From: Burkholderiales bacterium
GTDB taxonomy: Bacteria; Pseudomonadota; Gammaproteobacteria; Burkholderiales; Eutrophovitaceae
Length of the DNA stretch: 47,027 bases
Direction of reading: 5' to 3'
Assembly: GCA_035512195.1 (NCBI GenBank)
Contig: DATKEK010000065.1
Location: 1 to 47,027 of the forward strand
Part shown: one piece after another, positions 26,386 to 38,149 of the stretch
Layout of the letters: each line of letters begins with the position of its first letter
Position numbering within the stretch: position 1 is the first letter of the stretch
Notes under the pieces: generated by a model
The model's input: the letters and a program-made list of their open reading frames with translations, nothing else
Told to the model about the DNA's origin: nothing
Database searches by the model: none
Translations under genes and position numbers: made by a program

Positions 26386-28106
26386 GAGCGGCAACCAACC
26401 CGGCCCTGAGCGTGCGCCTGCCCGTGTGGCGGGCGCGCCTGCTCCTGCTGCTGGTACTGGCGGCTTTCGTGACGCTGGCGGCGCGGGCTTTTTATCTGCA
26501 GGGGCTGCATAACGACTTTCTGCAGGCGGAAGGCGAGATGCGCTATGCGCGCACGGTGGAGATCAGCGCGCACCGCGGCATGATCACCGATCGCGCCGGC
26601 GAACCGCTGGCGATCAGCACGCCGGTGGAATCGGTGTGGGCCTCGCCGTCGGACGCCGATCTGAGTGCCGACCAGTTGCAGCGGCTGTCGCGCCTGCTGG
26701 ATGTCAGTGTCGACGAACTGCACCGCCGGTTCGACGGGCGCAACCGCGATTTCGTTTATCTGAAGCGCCACCTGCCGCCCGAGCAGGCGGCGAGAGTGGT
26801 GAGCCTGAATCTGCCGGGTGTGTTCCTGAAGCGCGAGTACCGCCGCTATTACCCGGCGGCGGAAGTCACCGCGCACGTGCTGGGCTTTACCAATGTCGAC
26901 GACCACGGCCAGGAAGGGATCGAGCTCGCGTACCAGAACTGGCTCGCGGGCAAATCCGGCAGCCGCAGAGTGATCAAGGACCGCCTGGGCCGGATCATCG
27001 AAGACGTTGAAAGCATCAGCGTTCCGCAGCAGGGCCGCGAACTGGCACTGTCGATCGACCGCCGTATCCAGTACCTGGCGTTCCGCGAACTGCGCGACGC
27101 GGTCAGGGCGCAGCGCGCACAGGCAGGCAGCGTGGTGGTGCTCGACGCCGAAACCGGAGAAGTGCTGGCGCTCGCCAACTGGCCCACTTACAACCCGAAC
27201 AATCGCGGCACCGTTACCGCGGAGCGCACGCGCAACCGCGCGGTGGTCGACCTGTTCGAACCCGGCTCGACGCTCAAGCCGTTCACCGCCGCCGCCGCGA
27301 TCGAGGCCGGCTACGCCAGTCCGGACAGTGTGATCGACGTCGCCCCGGGCCGCATGCGGGTCGGCAATCGCACCATCCGCGACATTCATCCGGCGCTGCT
27401 GCTGACGGTGTCCGAGGTGATCCAGAAATCCTCCAACGTGGGTTCCGCGAAGATCGCCTTGGCGATGCCGCCGCAGAATCTGTGGAGCGTTTTCTCGGCG
27501 GTGGGTTTCGGCGCGCCGCCCCACTCAGGCTTTCCCGGCGAGGCTTCCGGACGCCTGCGCGCGTATCAGCAATGGCGGCCGATCGAGCATGCAACCATGT
27601 CCTACGGCCACGGCATCTCGGTGAGCCTGCTGCAGCTCGCGCGTGCCTATTCGGTGTTCGCCAGCGACGGCGTGTTGAAGCCGCTGACTTTCGTGCGCAG
27701 GGATGCGTCGCCGGACGGTGCACAGGTGATCTCGAAACGCACTGCGGTCGCAGTGCGTCAGATGCTGGAGGCGGTCACGCATCCTGGCGGCACCGCGGTG
27801 CGCGCCCGGCTGGCGGGCTATCGCGTCGCCGGCAAGACCGGCACCTCGCACAAACTGGTGGATGGCGCTTACGCCAGGGACCGGTATGTTTCTTCTTTCG
27901 TCGGTTTCGCGCCGGCGAGCGATCCGCGGCTGGTAATCGCAGTGGTGATAGACGAGCCGGGCGAAGGGATCTATTACGGCGGCGAGGTGGCCGCGCCGGT
28001 GTTCCGTCAGATCATGGCGGGCGCATTGCGCGCACTCGGCGTGGCGCCGGACAGTTTCGAGGAATTCGCGCCGTCGCAGGCGCCGCTGCCGCGGGAGGAA
28101 GTATGA
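26382..28106 (+). CDS. ftsI: Peptidoglycan D,D-transpeptidase FtsI (PBP3)
   Basis: N-terminal TM, RG.I.DR.G..LA, active-site STLKP, SSN and KTGT motifs. Start ATG 26382 overlaps the ftsL stop. Confidence 0.93.
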   Translation: MRAATNPALSVRLPVWRARLLLLLVLAAFVTLAARAFYLQGLHNDFLQAEGEMRYARTVEISAHRGMITDRAGEPLAISTPVESVWASPSDADLSADQLQRLSRLLDVSVDELHRRFDGRNRDFVYLKRHLPPEQAARVVSLNLPGVFLKREYRRYYPAAEVTAHVLGFTNVDDHGQEGIELAYQNWLAGKSGSRRVIKDRLGRIIEDVESISVPQQGRELALSIDRRIQYLAFRELRDAVRAQRAQAGSVVVLDAETGEVLALANWPTYNPNNRGTVTAERTRNRAVVDLFEPGSTLKPFTAAAAIEAGYASPDSVIDVAPGRMRVGNRTIRDIHPALLLTVSEVIQKSSNVGSAKIALAMPPQNLWSVFSAVGFGAPPHSGFPGEASGRLRAYQQWRPIEHATMSYGHGISVSLLQLARAYSVFASDGVLKPLTFVRRDASPDGAQVISKRTAVAVRQMLEAVTHPGGTAVRARLAGYRVAGKTGTSHKLVDGAYARDRYVSSFVGFAPASDPRLVIAVVIDEPGEGIYYGGEVAAPVFRQIMAGALRALGVAPDSFEEFAPSQAPLPREEV

Positions 28107-29599
28107 GCGCACGCGCACGCACCCTCCCGCCTGCCCGACGGCCTTCGGCTCCGATCGATCTGCAAGCGCTCGGGATCACGCCCACCGGTTTGTCGGTCGA
28201 CAGCCGGAAGATTACTGCCGGCGAAGTGTTTATCGCCTTTCCCGGAGAGACCAGTGACGGGCGCCGTTTCATCGCGCAGGCGATCGAAGCCGGCGCGGCG
28301 GCGGTGCTGTGGGAGCAGGCCGGATTCGAGTGGGACCCGCGGTGGCCGGTGCCGAACGTTCCGGTGCGCGGGCTGCGCCAGCAGGCGGGGGAGATCGCCA
28401 GCCACTTCTACGGCAATCCTTCGCAGCACCTGTGGATGATCGGCGTCACCGGCACCAACGGCAAGACCTCCTGCTCGCAGTGGATAGCTCAGTCGCTCAG
28501 CCGTCAGGGCCGGCGCACGGCGGTGATCGGAACGCTCGGCAGCGGTTTTGCCGATGCGCTCGATCCGACGCTGAACACCACGCCTGACCCGGTGTCGCTG
28601 CAGGCGCGGCTCGCCGCACTGCGCGAGCAGGGCGCCGCGGCGGTGGCGATGGACGTGTCTTCGCACGGCCTGGAGCAGGGCCGCGTGAACGGCGTGCAGT
28701 TCGACGTCGCGCTGTTCACCAATCTGTCGCGGGATCATCTCGACTACCACGGCAGCATGGACGCGTACGCCGCGGCCAAGGCGAAGCTGTTCGACTGGCC
28801 GCAGCTCAAGCATGCGGTGCTGAATCTGGACGATGCCTTCGGCGCCGGGCTTGCCGCGCGCATCGACCGCTCGCGCGTGAACGTCGTCGGCTACGGCCTC
28901 GGCAAGGGCGAGATCGCCGGCCACCAGCTCGACCTGTCCACGCGCGGACTCAAGCTCGAGATCGCCACGCCGTGGGGCGAAGGTGCGCTCGCCAGCCCGC
29001 TGCTCGGCGGTTTCAACGCCTACAACCTGCTCGGCGTGCTCGGCGTGCTGGTGACTTCCGACGTGCATCTGCAGGACGCGATCGTGGCGCTGTCAGAACT
29101 CCAGCCCGTGGCCGGCAGGATGCAGACGGCTTCGCTGCCCGGCGCGCCGCTGGTGGTGGTGGACTACGCGCACTCGCCGGACGCGCTCGAGAAGGCGCTT
29201 GAAACCCTGCGCATGACACTGGCGCCGGGTGCACGGCTGCACTGCGTGTTCGGTTGCGGCGGCGAACGCGATCCGGGCAAGCGCCCGCTGATGGGCGAGA
29301 TCGCCACGCGCCTGGCGGATCGCTGCGTGATCACCAGCGATAACCCGCGCTCGGAAAATCCGCGCGCGATCATCGAAGACATTCTGGCCGGCGCGCATCC
29401 GAACTATCACGTCGAGGAAGACCGCGCCGCGGCGATCCTGAACGCGTTGCGGCATGCGTCGCCGACCGACGTCGTGCTGATCGCGGGCAAGGGACACGAG
29501 AGCTACCAGGAAATCGACAGCCGCCGCCTGCCGTTCGACGACCTCGAGGTGGCGCGCGAAGTGGTCGCCAGACTGCGCGACGGAGCACAGCGTGTTTAA
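28103..29599 (+). CDS. murE: UDP-N-acetylmuramoyl-L-alanyl-D-glutamate--2,6-diaminopimelate ligase
   Basis: DSRKI..GEVFIA, P-loop GVTGTNGKTS, and a DNPR motif (TSDNPRSE) indicating DAP specificity. The ATG overlaps the ftsI stop. Confidence 0.93.
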   Translation: MSARARTLPPARRPSAPIDLQALGITPTGLSVDSRKITAGEVFIAFPGETSDGRRFIAQAIEAGAAAVLWEQAGFEWDPRWPVPNVPVRGLRQQAGEIASHFYGNPSQHLWMIGVTGTNGKTSCSQWIAQSLSRQGRRTAVIGTLGSGFADALDPTLNTTPDPVSLQARLAALREQGAAAVAMDVSSHGLEQGRVNGVQFDVALFTNLSRDHLDYHGSMDAYAAAKAKLFDWPQLKHAVLNLDDAFGAGLAARIDRSRVNVVGYGLGKGEIAGHQLDLSTRGLKLEIATPWGEGALASPLLGGFNAYNLLGVLGVLVTSDVHLQDAIVALSELQPVAGRMQTASLPGAPLVVVDYAHSPDALEKALETLRMTLAPGARLHCVFGCGGERDPGKRPLMGEIATRLADRCVITSDNPRSENPRAIIEDILAGAHPNYHVEEDRAAAILNALRHASPTDVVLIAGKGHESYQEIDSRRLPFDDLEVAREVVARLRDGAQRV

Positions 29600-30965
29600 G
29601 CTCTCGGCCGCCGCGCGCGCTGTTGCCGCCGAGCTTTGCGGTGACGACGCCGAAGTCCTGCGCGTGAGCACGGACAGCCGCGCGGTGCGCGAGGGCGATC
29701 TGTTTGTCGCGCTCAGGGGCGAACGTTTCGACGGCAATCGCTTCGTTGCGCAGGCGTTCGAGGCCGGCGCGGCCGCCGCGATGGTGAGCGATCCGGTACT
29801 CGCAGCAGGTACCGGCCCGCTGATCGTGGTCGAAGACACGCGCCTTGCACTCGGCAGACTGGCTGCCTGGTGGCGCAGCCGCTTCGATCTGCCGCTGATT
29901 GCGATCACCGGCAGCAATGGCAAGACCACGGTGAAAGAAATGCTCGCCGCGGTTCTACGCCGGAACGCCGGCGAAGACGCGGTCCTCGCCACCGCGGGCA
30001 ATCTGAACAACGACATCGGGGTGCCGCTGACGCTGCTGAGTCTGCGCGAGCAGCACCGCTACGCGGTGGTGGAGATGGGTATGAACCACGTCGGTGAGAT
30101 TGCCTGGCTGTCGAGACTCGCGCGTCCCACCGTGGCATTGATCAACAACGCCGGTACCGCGCACATCGGCGAGGTCGGCTCGGTGGAGGCGGTTGCACGC
30201 GCCAAGGGTGAGATCTTCGAAGGGCTCGCGGCGGACGGCGTGGCGGTGATCAACGGCGACGATGCCTTTGCCGATTACTGGCGCAGCCTGCTACGCGGAC
30301 GCCGCATCGCGGATTTCGGCCTCGACCGGCGCGCGACCGTGACCGCGCGCTACGAACTGGAGAACGGCGGCAGCCTGGTCACCGTGCGCGCGCCCGACGA
30401 AACCTTCGTCGTGCGCCTGTTCCAGCCCGGCGTGCACAACGTCAGGAACGCGCTTGCCGCGGTGACCGCCGCTTGGGTGATCGGCGTCCCGTCCGCCCAC
30501 ATCGCCGCGGGGCTCGCTGCATATAAAGGTGTGAAGGGACGGCTGCAGCGCGTGGCACTGCGCGGCGGATCCACCCTGCTCGACGACAGCTACAACGCCA
30601 ACCCGGAGTCGATAAAGGCGGCGCTGGCGGTTCTGGGCGCAGCGCCGGGCAAGAAGATTTTCGTGATCGGCGACATGGGCGAGCTTGGTGAGGCGGTCGC
30701 CGAGATGCACGCCGAGATCGGTGCCTTTGCGCGCCGCGCCGGTGTCGACCGCCTGCTAGGCCTGGGTGTATCGAGCGCGGCCGCGGTGCGCGCCTTCGGC
30801 GAGCAAGCGGCGCATTTCGAAACCCTGGAGAAGCTGATCGAGGCGCTGGAAAGGGAGCTGGAGCCCAACTGCACCGTGCTGGTGAAGGGTTCGCGCTTCA
30901 TGCGGATGGAACGGGTAACCGCGGCGCTGCAGGCGAGCGCCGACCACGCCGAAGGGGGCGCCTGA
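29592..30965 (+). CDS. murF: UDP-N-acetylmuramoyl-tripeptide--D-alanyl-D-alanine ligase
   Basis: [43 protein letters not shown] start with an 8-nt overlap with murE. Confidence 0.92.
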   Translation: MFKLSAAARAVAAELCGDDAEVLRVSTDSRAVREGDLFVALRGERFDGNRFVAQAFEAGAAAAMVSDPVLAAGTGPLIVVEDTRLALGRLAAWWRSRFDLPLIAITGSNGKTTVKEMLAAVLRRNAGEDAVLATAGNLNNDIGVPLTLLSLREQHRYAVVEMGMNHVGEIAWLSRLARPTVALINNAGTAHIGEVGSVEAVARAKGEIFEGLAADGVAVINGDDAFADYWRSLLRGRRIADFGLDRRATVTARYELENGGSLVTVRAPDETFVVRLFQPGVHNVRNALAAVTAAWVIGVPSAHIAAGLAAYKGVKGRLQRVALRGGSTLLDDSYNANPESIKAALAVLGAAPGKKIFVIGDMGELGEAVAEMHAEIGAFARRAGVDRLLGLGVSSAAAVRAFGEQAAHFETLEKLIEALERELEPNCTVLVKGSRFMRMERVTAALQASADHAEGGA

Positions 30966-32050
30966 TGCTGCTGTATCTGACCCAGTGGCTCGCGCAGGAC
31001 ATCCGCGGGTTCAACGTATTCAACTACATCACCCTGCGCGCGGTGCTGGCGACGCTGACCGCGCTGCTGATTTCGTTCTTCATCGGGCCGTCGATGATCC
31101 GCCGGCTGACCGCGTACAAGATCGGCCAGTCGGTGAGAGACGACGGGCCGCAGACGCATCTGGTGAAAGCGGGCACGCCGACCATGGGCGGCGCGCTGAT
31201 CCTGGTGGCGATCGTGATCACAACGCTGCTGTGGGCCGACCTGACCAATCACCTGGTGTGGGTGGTGCTGGTGGTAACGCTCGGCTTCGGCGTGATCGGC
31301 TGGATAGACGACTATCGCAAGGTCGTGCACCGCAATCCAAAGGGTCTGTCCGCGCGGGCGAAGTTCTTCTGGCAGTCCGTGATCGGTATCTCGGCCGCGC
31401 TGTACATCGCCTGGACCGCAGTCCAGCCCGAACAGACTCAACTGATCGTGCCGTTCTTCAAGCAGATTGCCTATCCCCTCGGCCTCACCGGTTTCGTAGT
31501 GATGAGCTATTTCGTGATCGTCGGCTCGAGCAACGCGGTGAACCTGACCGACGGACTGGACGGACTCGCCATCCTGCCGACGGTGATGGTCGGCAGTGCG
31601 CTGGGCGTATTCGCCTACGTCGCGGGGCACGCGGTGTTCTCGCGCTATCTCGGTTTTCCGCACATACCGGGCGCCGGCGAACTGACGGTGATCTGCGCCG
31701 CGATTGCCGGCGCCGGACTCGCGTTCCTGTGGTTCAACGCCTATCCCGCGGAAGTGTTCATGGGCGACGTCGGCGCGCTCGCGCTCGGCGCGGCGCTCGG
31801 CGTCATCGCGGTGATCGTGCGTCAGGAGATCGTGCTTTTCATCATGGGCGGCGTGTTCGTGGTCGAGACGCTGTCGGTGATGCTGCAGGTCGCGTCGTTC
31901 AAGCTGACCGGGAAACGCTTATTCCGAATGGCGCCGCTGCACCACCACTACGAGCTGAAGGGCTGGAAAGAAAATCAAGTGGTGGTGCGCTTCTGGATCA
32001 TCACCATGATGCTGGTGCTGGTTGGGCTTTCGACGCTGAAACTGAGGTGA
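30965..32050 (+). CDS. mraY: Phospho-N-acetylmuramoyl-pentapeptide transferase
   Basis: 361 aa polytopic. [23 protein letters not shown] and HHH.EL.GW motifs. TGATG 1-nt overlap with murF. Confidence 0.95.
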   Translation: MLLYLTQWLAQDIRGFNVFNYITLRAVLATLTALLISFFIGPSMIRRLTAYKIGQSVRDDGPQTHLVKAGTPTMGGALILVAIVITTLLWADLTNHLVWVVLVVTLGFGVIGWIDDYRKVVHRNPKGLSARAKFFWQSVIGISAALYIAWTAVQPEQTQLIVPFFKQIAYPLGLTGFVVMSYFVIVGSSNAVNLTDGLDGLAILPTVMVGSALGVFAYVAGHAVFSRYLGFPHIPGAGELTVICAAIAGAGLAFLWFNAYPAEVFMGDVGALALGAALGVIAVIVRQEIVLFIMGGVFVVETLSVMLQVASFKLTGKRLFRMAPLHHHYELKGWKENQVVVRFWIITMMLVLVGLSTLKLR

Positions 32051-32054
32051 GTAC

Positions 32055-32240
32055 ATGAATCTCGAGCAATTCCATCAAATGATGCTGCGGCACCGCGAAG
32101 TCGTGGACTCGCGCCGACTCTCCCAGCTGCGCCTGTTCCCGGAACACGCGCTGGAGGAAGAGGAAGACGTCGGTACGGTCCGCTTGCTGCGCCTGCAGGC
32201 GGCGCTCAGGGAGCGGCGTCCCGTTGAAACTGAAGGGTAA
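32055..32240 (+). CDS. Candidate small (61 aa) charged helical protein between mraY and murD, hypothetical
   Basis: ATG 5 nt after the mraY stop, with GAGGTGA 5-6 nt upstream. Third-position GC about 75% (46 of 61 codons by hand count). TAA overlaps the murD TTG start region by 17 nt. I recognise no family. Confidence 0.45.
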   Translation: MNLEQFHQMMLRHREVVDSRRLSQLRLFPEHALEEEEDVGTVRLLRLQAALRERRPVETEG

Positions 32241-33600
32241 GAGGGTTCTGGTCTTGGGACTCGGTGCAAGCGGAATGTCGATGGCGCGGTGGCTGGCGCG
32301 ACGCGGCGCGGAAGTACGCGTCGCCGACACGCGGCCTGAGCCGCCGTTCGCCGACGCCCTGCGCGCAGAGCTGCCGGGTGTGGAACTGCATCTCGGTGCG
32401 TTGCGCGAGGAGAGTTTCGCGGATGTGACGACGATCGCCATCAGCCCGGGCGTGCCGCTGTCGGAACCGCAGGTGCAGAAGGCGCGTGCCCGCGGGGTGG
32501 CGGTGCTCGGCGACATCGAGCTGTTCGCACGCATCCGCGACGAGTTCGCGGATGCGAAAGTAATCGCGATCACCGGCTCGAACGGCAAGAGCACGGTGAC
32601 CGAAATGGTCGGCGCGATGTGCCGGGCGGCGAGCACGCGCACCCTGGTGGCAGGCAACATCGGCCTGCCGGTTCTCGATGCGGTCAGCGACATCGACGCG
32701 GGCCGGCGCAGAAAGCCCGACGTATTCGTGCTGGAACTGTCCAGTTTCCAGCTGGAAACCACGCAGTCGCTGGACGCAAATGCCGCGGCGGTGCTGAACC
32801 TGAGCGAGGATCATCTCGATCGTTACGCCGGCATCCGCGACTACGCCGAGGCGAAGTCGCGAATCTTCCTCGGCAGCGGCGTACAGGTGCTGAACCGGCA
32901 GGACAGCTGGACCAGCCAGATGGCGCAGCCGGGACGTTGCGCATTCACCTTCGGTCTGGACGAACCGGAAAGCGATCGCGACTGGGGCCTGCGCAGCGCG
33001 CACGGCGAAACCTGGCTGGCGCAGGGCGACACGCTTTTACTGCGGGTGGAAGAACTCAAGGTTGCCGGCATGCACAACGCTGCCAATGCACTGGCGGCAC
33101 TTGCGCTGTGCCGCGCGATCCGGCTGCCGTATCCGCCTTTGCTGGATGCGCTGCGCGCCTTCGAAGGGCTGCCGCACCGCGTGCAGAAAGTCGCCGAGAT
33201 CGGCGGCGTGGCGTTCTTCGACGATTCGAAGGGCACCAACGTCGGCGCCACGGTGGCCGCGCTGGAAGGCATGCCGCAGAAAGCGGTGGTGATCCTCGGC
33301 GGCGACGGCAAAGGACAGGATTTCGCGCCGCTGAAAGGCGCGGTTTCGCGGCACGCGCGCGCAGCGGTGCTGGTCGGCCGCGATGGCCCGCGCATCGCCG
33401 CCGCGATAAGCGGCTGCGGCGTGCCGGTCGAGCCGGCACAGGACATGGACGATGCCGTGCTGCGCGCGTACGCGCTGGCGCAGCCCGGCGACGTGGTTCT
33501 GCTGTCCCCGGCGTGTGCGAGCTTCGATATGTTCGATAACTACGAGCATCGGGCGCAGGCGTACTTTGCGGCGGTGCGCGCATTGGAGACGCGGCATTGA
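32224..33600 (+). CDS. murD: UDP-N-acetylmuramoylalanine--D-glutamate ligase
   Basis: [33 protein letters not shown] 32224 is the only standard start in the open frame, which opens at 32083. Confidence 0.92.
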   Translation: MKLKGKRVLVLGLGASGMSMARWLARRGAEVRVADTRPEPPFADALRAELPGVELHLGALREESFADVTTIAISPGVPLSEPQVQKARARGVAVLGDIELFARIRDEFADAKVIAITGSNGKSTVTEMVGAMCRAASTRTLVAGNIGLPVLDAVSDIDAGRRRKPDVFVLELSSFQLETTQSLDANAAAVLNLSEDHLDRYAGIRDYAEAKSRIFLGSGVQVLNRQDSWTSQMAQPGRCAFTFGLDEPESDRDWGLRSAHGETWLAQGDTLLLRVEELKVAGMHNAANALAALALCRAIRLPYPPLLDALRAFEGLPHRVQKVAEIGGVAFFDDSKGTNVGATVAALEGMPQKAVVILGGDGKGQDFAPLKGAVSRHARAAVLVGRDGPRIAAAISGCGVPVEPAQDMDDAVLRAYALAQPGDVVLLSPACASFDMFDNYEHRAQAYFAAVRALETRH

Positions 33601-34769
33601 GCGCGCTCTATCAACCGCTGGCGACAGCGCATACGGAACCGGAACCGGACTTCGATCCGGCGGTGATCTGGATCGTGCTGCTGCTGCTCGGGCTCGGCAC
33701 GGTGATGGTCTATTCGGCGTCGATCGCGATTGCCGAAGCCAGCCGCATGACTGCCGGGCAGCCGCATTACTTCTTCATGCGCCACGCCGCTTTCGTCGGC
33801 ATCGGCGTCGTGGCGGGTGTCGCAGTGCTGCAGCTACCGATGCGCTTCTGGCAACTAGTATCGCCGTACGCGTTCGTATTGGGCGTGTTGCTGCTGGTGC
33901 TGGTGCTGGTGCCGGGCCTCGGCAAGGAGGTCAACGGCAGCCAGCGCTGGCTGCCGCTCGGCTTGTTCAACCTGCAGCCCTCGGAGCTGATGAAGCTGTT
34001 CGGCGTGCTCTACGCCGCCGATTACACCGTGCGGAAGGCAGCGCACATGGCGAGCTTCCGCAAGGGGTTTCTGCCGATGTGCTTCGTGATGCTGATGACG
34101 GGCACGCTGTTGCTGCAGCAGCCGGATCTCGGCGCATTTGCGGTGATCGCGGTCATTGCGATGGGTGTGCTGTTTCTCGGCGGCATGAACTGGCGCCTGT
34201 TTGCCGCAATGACCGCACTGCTGGTCGCGGGCTTTCTGCTGCTGGTATGGACTTCGCCCTATCGCATGGAGCGCGTGCTCGGTTTCATGGATCCGTGGGC
34301 GGATCCGTTCGGACGCGGTTACCAGCTCTCGCACGCGCTGATCGCGTTCGGGCGCGGCGAATGGTTCGGTGTCGGCCTGGGTGCGAGCGTGGAGAAACTG
34401 TTCTATCTCCCCGAAGCGCACACCGACTTTCTGCTCGCGGTGATCGCCGAAGAGCTCGGCTTCGCGGGCGTGATCGCGGTGATCCTGTTGTTCGCCTGGC
34501 TGATATGGCGCGCGTTTTCGATCGGCAACCAGGCTGCGCGCCTGGAACGTTACTTCCCTGCGCTGGTGGCGCAGGGCGTCGGGCTGTGGATCGGTGCGCA
34601 GGCGATCATCAACATGGGCGTGAACATGGGGTTGCTGCCGACCAAGGGACTGACCCTGCCATTGCTGTCGTTCGGCGGCAGCGCGCTGGTGGCAAACTGC
34701 TGCGCACTCGGCCTGCTGCTGCGGGTGGACTACGAGAACCGCCAGCTGATGAAGGGGTACGCGGTTTGA
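33597..34769 (+). CDS. ftsW: Peptidoglycan glycosyltransferase/lipid II flippase FtsW (SEDS)
   Basis: 10-TM SEDS protein. [21 protein letters not shown] and [15 protein letters not shown] motifs. The TTG start overlaps the murD stop. Confidence 0.92.
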   Translation: MSALYQPLATAHTEPEPDFDPAVIWIVLLLLGLGTVMVYSASIAIAEASRMTAGQPHYFFMRHAAFVGIGVVAGVAVLQLPMRFWQLVSPYAFVLGVLLLVLVLVPGLGKEVNGSQRWLPLGLFNLQPSELMKLFGVLYAADYTVRKAAHMASFRKGFLPMCFVMLMTGTLLLQQPDLGAFAVIAVIAMGVLFLGGMNWRLFAAMTALLVAGFLLLVWTSPYRMERVLGFMDPWADPFGRGYQLSHALIAFGRGEWFGVGLGASVEKLFYLPEAHTDFLLAVIAEELGFAGVIAVILLFAWLIWRAFSIGNQAARLERYFPALVAQGVGLWIGAQAIINMGVNMGLLPTKGLTLPLLSFGGSALVANCCALGLLLRVDYENRQLMKGYAV

Positions 34770-35827
34770 GCCGGACGATCCTGATCATGGCCGGCGGCAC
34801 GGGCGGACATATCTACCCGGCGATTGCGGTGGCGGAGGAACTGAAGGCGCGCGGCTGGAAGGTGGTGTGGCTCGGTTCGAAGGCGGGCATGGAAGCGAGC
34901 ATCGTGCCGCGCCACGGTTATCAGATCGAGTTCATCCGCTTCGGCGGCCTGCGCGGCAAGGGGCCGGTGCGGTTTGCGCTGCTGCCGGTGAATCTGCTGC
35001 TGGCGTTCTGGCAAAGCGCGCGCGTGATCTTCCGCGTGCGGCCGGACGTGGTGCTGGGAATGGGCGGCTATATCGCGTTTCCCGGCGGCATGATGGCGGC
35101 TTTTTTCCGCCGGCCGCTGGTGCTGCACGAACAGAACGCGATCGCCGGGCTGGCCAACCGCGTGCTGGCGGAAGTGGCGGACCGCGTGCTGGTGGCGTTC
35201 CCGAAAGCGCTGCGAAAATCGATCTGGACCGGCAACCCGGTGCGTGCGGCGATCGCGGGCGTGGCGTCGCCGGAGCAGCGCTATGCAAACCGCTCGGGCC
35301 CACTCGCGGTACTGGTGATCGGCGGCAGTCTTGGCGCAAGGGCGTTGAACGAAACCTTGCCGCGTGCGCTTGCGCTGATGCCGCCCGAGCGGCGTCCGTC
35401 GCTCACGCATCAGGCCGGCCGGCAGCACGAGGAGGAACTGCGGCAGCGATACGGCGAAGCGTCGGTCGAGGCCGAGGTGGTGCCGTTCATAGAGGACATG
35501 GCGCAGGCCTACGCCGCAGCCGACCTGGTGATCTGCCGCGCAGGTGCGACCACGGTCGCCGAGCTAGCGGCAGCAGGGGTGGCAAGCGTGCTGGTGCCGT
35601 TTCCGCACGCGGTCGACGATCACCAGAGCGCCAACGCGCGCTTTTTGTCGGAAGCGGACGCAGCCATCCTGCTGCCACAGCCGGAACTCACGCCGCGCAG
35701 GCTGGCGGAGCTGATCGCCGGGTTTTCCCGTGCGCAGCTGATGGAGATGGCAAGCAAGGCCAGGGCGCTCGGCAAGCCCGATGCGGCAGCCGAGGTCGCG
35801 GGTCATTGCATGGCGATGGCGGCATGA
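34766..35827 (+). CDS. murG: UDP-N-acetylglucosamine--N-acetylmuramyl-(pentapeptide) pyrophosphoryl-undecaprenol GlcNAc transferase
   Basis: [37 protein letters not shown] 34766 overlaps the ftsW stop. An in-frame ATG at 34787 is the alternative start. Confidence 0.92.
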   Translation: MSRTILIMAGGTGGHIYPAIAVAEELKARGWKVVWLGSKAGMEASIVPRHGYQIEFIRFGGLRGKGPVRFALLPVNLLLAFWQSARVIFRVRPDVVLGMGGYIAFPGGMMAAFFRRPLVLHEQNAIAGLANRVLAEVADRVLVAFPKALRKSIWTGNPVRAAIAGVASPEQRYANRSGPLAVLVIGGSLGARALNETLPRALALMPPERRPSLTHQAGRQHEEELRQRYGEASVEAEVVPFIEDMAQAYAAADLVICRAGATTVAELAAAGVASVLVPFPHAVDDHQSANARFLSEADAAILLPQPELTPRRLAELIAGFSRAQLMEMASKARALGKPDAAAEVAGHCMAMAA

Positions 35828-37233
35828 AGCACAAGGTCAAGACCGTGCATTTCGTGGGCATTGGCGGATCCGGCATGAGCGGCATTGCGGAAGTCATGCT
35901 GAACCTTGGCTATGCGGTCACCGGTTCGGATGTCGCGGAAAGCGCGGCCACCAGGCGGCTGCGGCAGCTGGGAGCGCGCGTCGACATCGGTCACGACCGC
36001 GCGCAGGTCGAGGGCGCGAACGCGGTGGTGACTTCGACCGCGGTGAAGCCCGACAACCCGGAAGTCGTGGCGGCGCGGGCGAAGCGCATTCCGGTGGTTC
36101 CGCGCGCCATGATGCTCGCGGAACTGATGAGGCTGAAGCAGGGTATCGCGGTCGCCGGCACGCATGGCAAGACCACCACCACCAGCCTGATTGCAAGCGT
36201 GCTGGCGGAAGCGGGCATGGACCCGACCTTCGTGATCGGCGGCCGGCTGGAAGCGGCGGGTTCGCACGCGCAGCTCGGCACGGGCGAGTTCATCGTGGTC
36301 GAAGCGGACGAGTCGGACGCATCGTTCCTGAATCTGCAACCGGTACTCGCAGTGGTGACCAACATCGATGCCGATCACATGGAGACCTATCAGCACGATT
36401 TCAGCCGGCTGCGCCAGTCGTTCCTGGAGTTCGTCGAGCATCTGCCCTTCTATGGCATGGCGGTGCTTTGCGCAGACGACACGAACGTGCGCAGCCTGCT
36501 GCCGATCATCACCAAGCAGGTGACGACCTACGGCGTCGACGAAGGCGCGCAGATTCGCGCAATGGACGTACAGGCGGAAGCCGCGACCATGCGCTTCCGG
36601 GTCACGCGCCGCACCGGTGTCAACGGCCACGAGCAAAGGCAGCCCGATCTGCAGGTCACGCTCAATCTTCCGGGGCTGCACAACGTGCAGAACGCGCTTG
36701 CCGCCATTGCGGTGGCGATGGAGGTCGGCGTGGCAGACGATGCGATCGTCCGCGCGCTGGAGAAATTCAAGGGCGTCGGCCGGCGGTTCCAGCGCATGGG
36801 AGAGGTGCCGCTTCCCGGCGGCGGCCACTTTGCGCTGGTGGATGACTACGGACATCACCCGGTCGAGATGGCGGCGACGCTGGCGGCGGCGCGCGGCGCC
36901 TTTCCCGGCCGCCGGATTCTGCTGGCGTTCCAGCCGCACCGGTTCACCCGCACGCGCGACTGCTTCGAGGATTTTGTCCGTGTCCTGTCTTCGGCCGATG
37001 CGGTGATCCTGACCGAAGTCTACCCGGCGGGCGAACAGCCGATCGTCGCTGCCGACGGGCGCGCGCTGGCGCGCGCGGTGCGCGTTGCCGCCAGGGTGGA
37101 GCCGGTGTTCGTGGAAAGCGTGACGGAACTGCCGGCGGCGATTCTGGCTGCTGCCAAGCCGGACGACGTGGTGATCACGATGGGCGCGGGGACAATCGGC
37201 ACGGTCCCGGCAATGTTGACGGCCAAGCGCTGA
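35824..37233 (+). CDS. murC: UDP-N-acetylmuramate--L-alanine ligase
   Basis: [34 protein letters not shown]. The ATG overlaps the murG stop. Confidence 0.94.
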   Translation: MKHKVKTVHFVGIGGSGMSGIAEVMLNLGYAVTGSDVAESAATRRLRQLGARVDIGHDRAQVEGANAVVTSTAVKPDNPEVVAARAKRIPVVPRAMMLAELMRLKQGIAVAGTHGKTTTTSLIASVLAEAGMDPTFVIGGRLEAAGSHAQLGTGEFIVVEADESDASFLNLQPVLAVVTNIDADHMETYQHDFSRLRQSFLEFVEHLPFYGMAVLCADDTNVRSLLPIITKQVTTYGVDEGAQIRAMDVQAEAATMRFRVTRRTGVNGHEQRQPDLQVTLNLPGLHNVQNALAAIAVAMEVGVADDAIVRALEKFKGVGRRFQRMGEVPLPGGGHFALVDDYGHHPVEMAATLAAARGAFPGRRILLAFQPHRFTRTRDCFEDFVRVLSSADAVILTEVYPAGEQPIVAADGRALARAVRVAARVEPVFVESVTELPAAILAAAKPDDVVITMGAGTIGTVPAMLTAKR

Positions 37234-37234
37234 C

Positions 37235-38149
37235 ATGTACATGAGCGAGATCGACCGAATCGCGACTGCCGGCCTGCGCGGCAAGCTGCATCGCGCCGAA
37301 CCGATGCGCAAGCGCACCAGCTGGCGCGTCGGCGGACCCGCGGACCACGCGTACGTGCCAGCGGATCTGGACGATCTGTGCGCTTTCCTGCAGGCGCTGC
37401 CGGCAGGTGAGCCGGTGACCTTCGTCGGCCTCGGCAGCAATCTGCTGATCCGCGACGGCGGAATCCGCGGCACCGTGGTGCTGACGCACACCGCGCTGAA
37501 GGCGCTGGAGCTGACGGCAGCGGGCGAGATCTATACGGAAGCCGGCGTGGCGGCGCCGAAGGTTGCGCGCTTCGCCGCCACGCACGCGCTGCAGGGCGCG
37601 GAGTTCCTGGCGGGAATTCCGGGCACGGTCGGCGGCGCGCTGGCGATGAATGCAGGCTGCTACGGTGCCGAGATCTGGGAACTGGTGGCGCGCGTGCTGA
37701 CGGTCGATCGGCGCGGCGTGCAGCGCGAGCGCGGAGCAACCGAGTTCACGGTTGGTTACCGCAGCGTGACGCCGAAGGAGCCGCGCGAGGAATTTTTCGC
37801 GGCGGCATGGCTGCGGCTTGCACGTGGCGACGGCGAACAGTCGCGTCAGCGCATCAAGGAACTGCTGCAGAAGCGCATCGACAGCCAGCCCCTGGAACAG
37901 CCGAACGCCGGTTCGGTGTTCCGCAATCCGCCGGGCGATCACGCGGCGCGGCTGATCGAGTCGTGCGGGCTGAAGGGCTTGCGCATCGGTGGCGCGATGG
38001 TGTCGACGAAGCACGCGAACTTCATCGTCAACCTGGGCGATGCGGCCGCGGCGGACATCGAGAGGCTGATCGATACGGTGCAGACACTGGTGCACCGCGA
38101 GACCGGCGTCATGCTGCATCGCGAAGTCCTGATCGTGGGGGAAGCATGA
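37235..38149 (+). CDS. murB: UDP-N-acetylenolpyruvoylglucosamine reductase
   Basis: [24 protein letters not shown] and NAGSVFRNP motifs. Starts 1 nt after the murC stop. Confidence 0.93.
   Translation: MYMSEIDRIATAGLRGKLHRAEPMRKRTSWRVGGPADHAYVPADLDDLCAFLQALPAGEPVTFVGLGSNLLIRDGGIRGTVVLTHTALKALELTAAGEIYTEAGVAAPKVARFAATHALQGAEFLAGIPGTVGGALAMNAGCYGAEIWELVARVLTVDRRGVQRERGATEFTVGYRSVTPKEPREEFFAAAWLRLARGDGEQSRQRIKELLQKRIDSQPLEQPNAGSVFRNPPGDHAARLIESCGLKGLRIGGAMVSTKHANFIVNLGDAAAADIERLIDTVQTLVHRETGVMLHREVLIVGEA

Noticed and set aside
32075-32269. 64-aa minus-strand ORF in the mraY-murD spacer
   Set aside because: It is an S/R-rich low-complexity translation with no RBS, antisense to the better-supported plus-strand 61-codon ORF and to the murD 5' end.
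26145-37233. N-terminal extensions of the track ORFs for ftsI (26145), murE (27482), murG (33452), murC (34867), ddl (37807), rsmH (24866) and the DUF4401 gene (8955)
   Set aside because: The extended parts run out of frame through the preceding, well-supported gene. The real starts sit at ATGA/GTGA-type overlaps with the upstream stop codons, where homology to the family N-termini begins.
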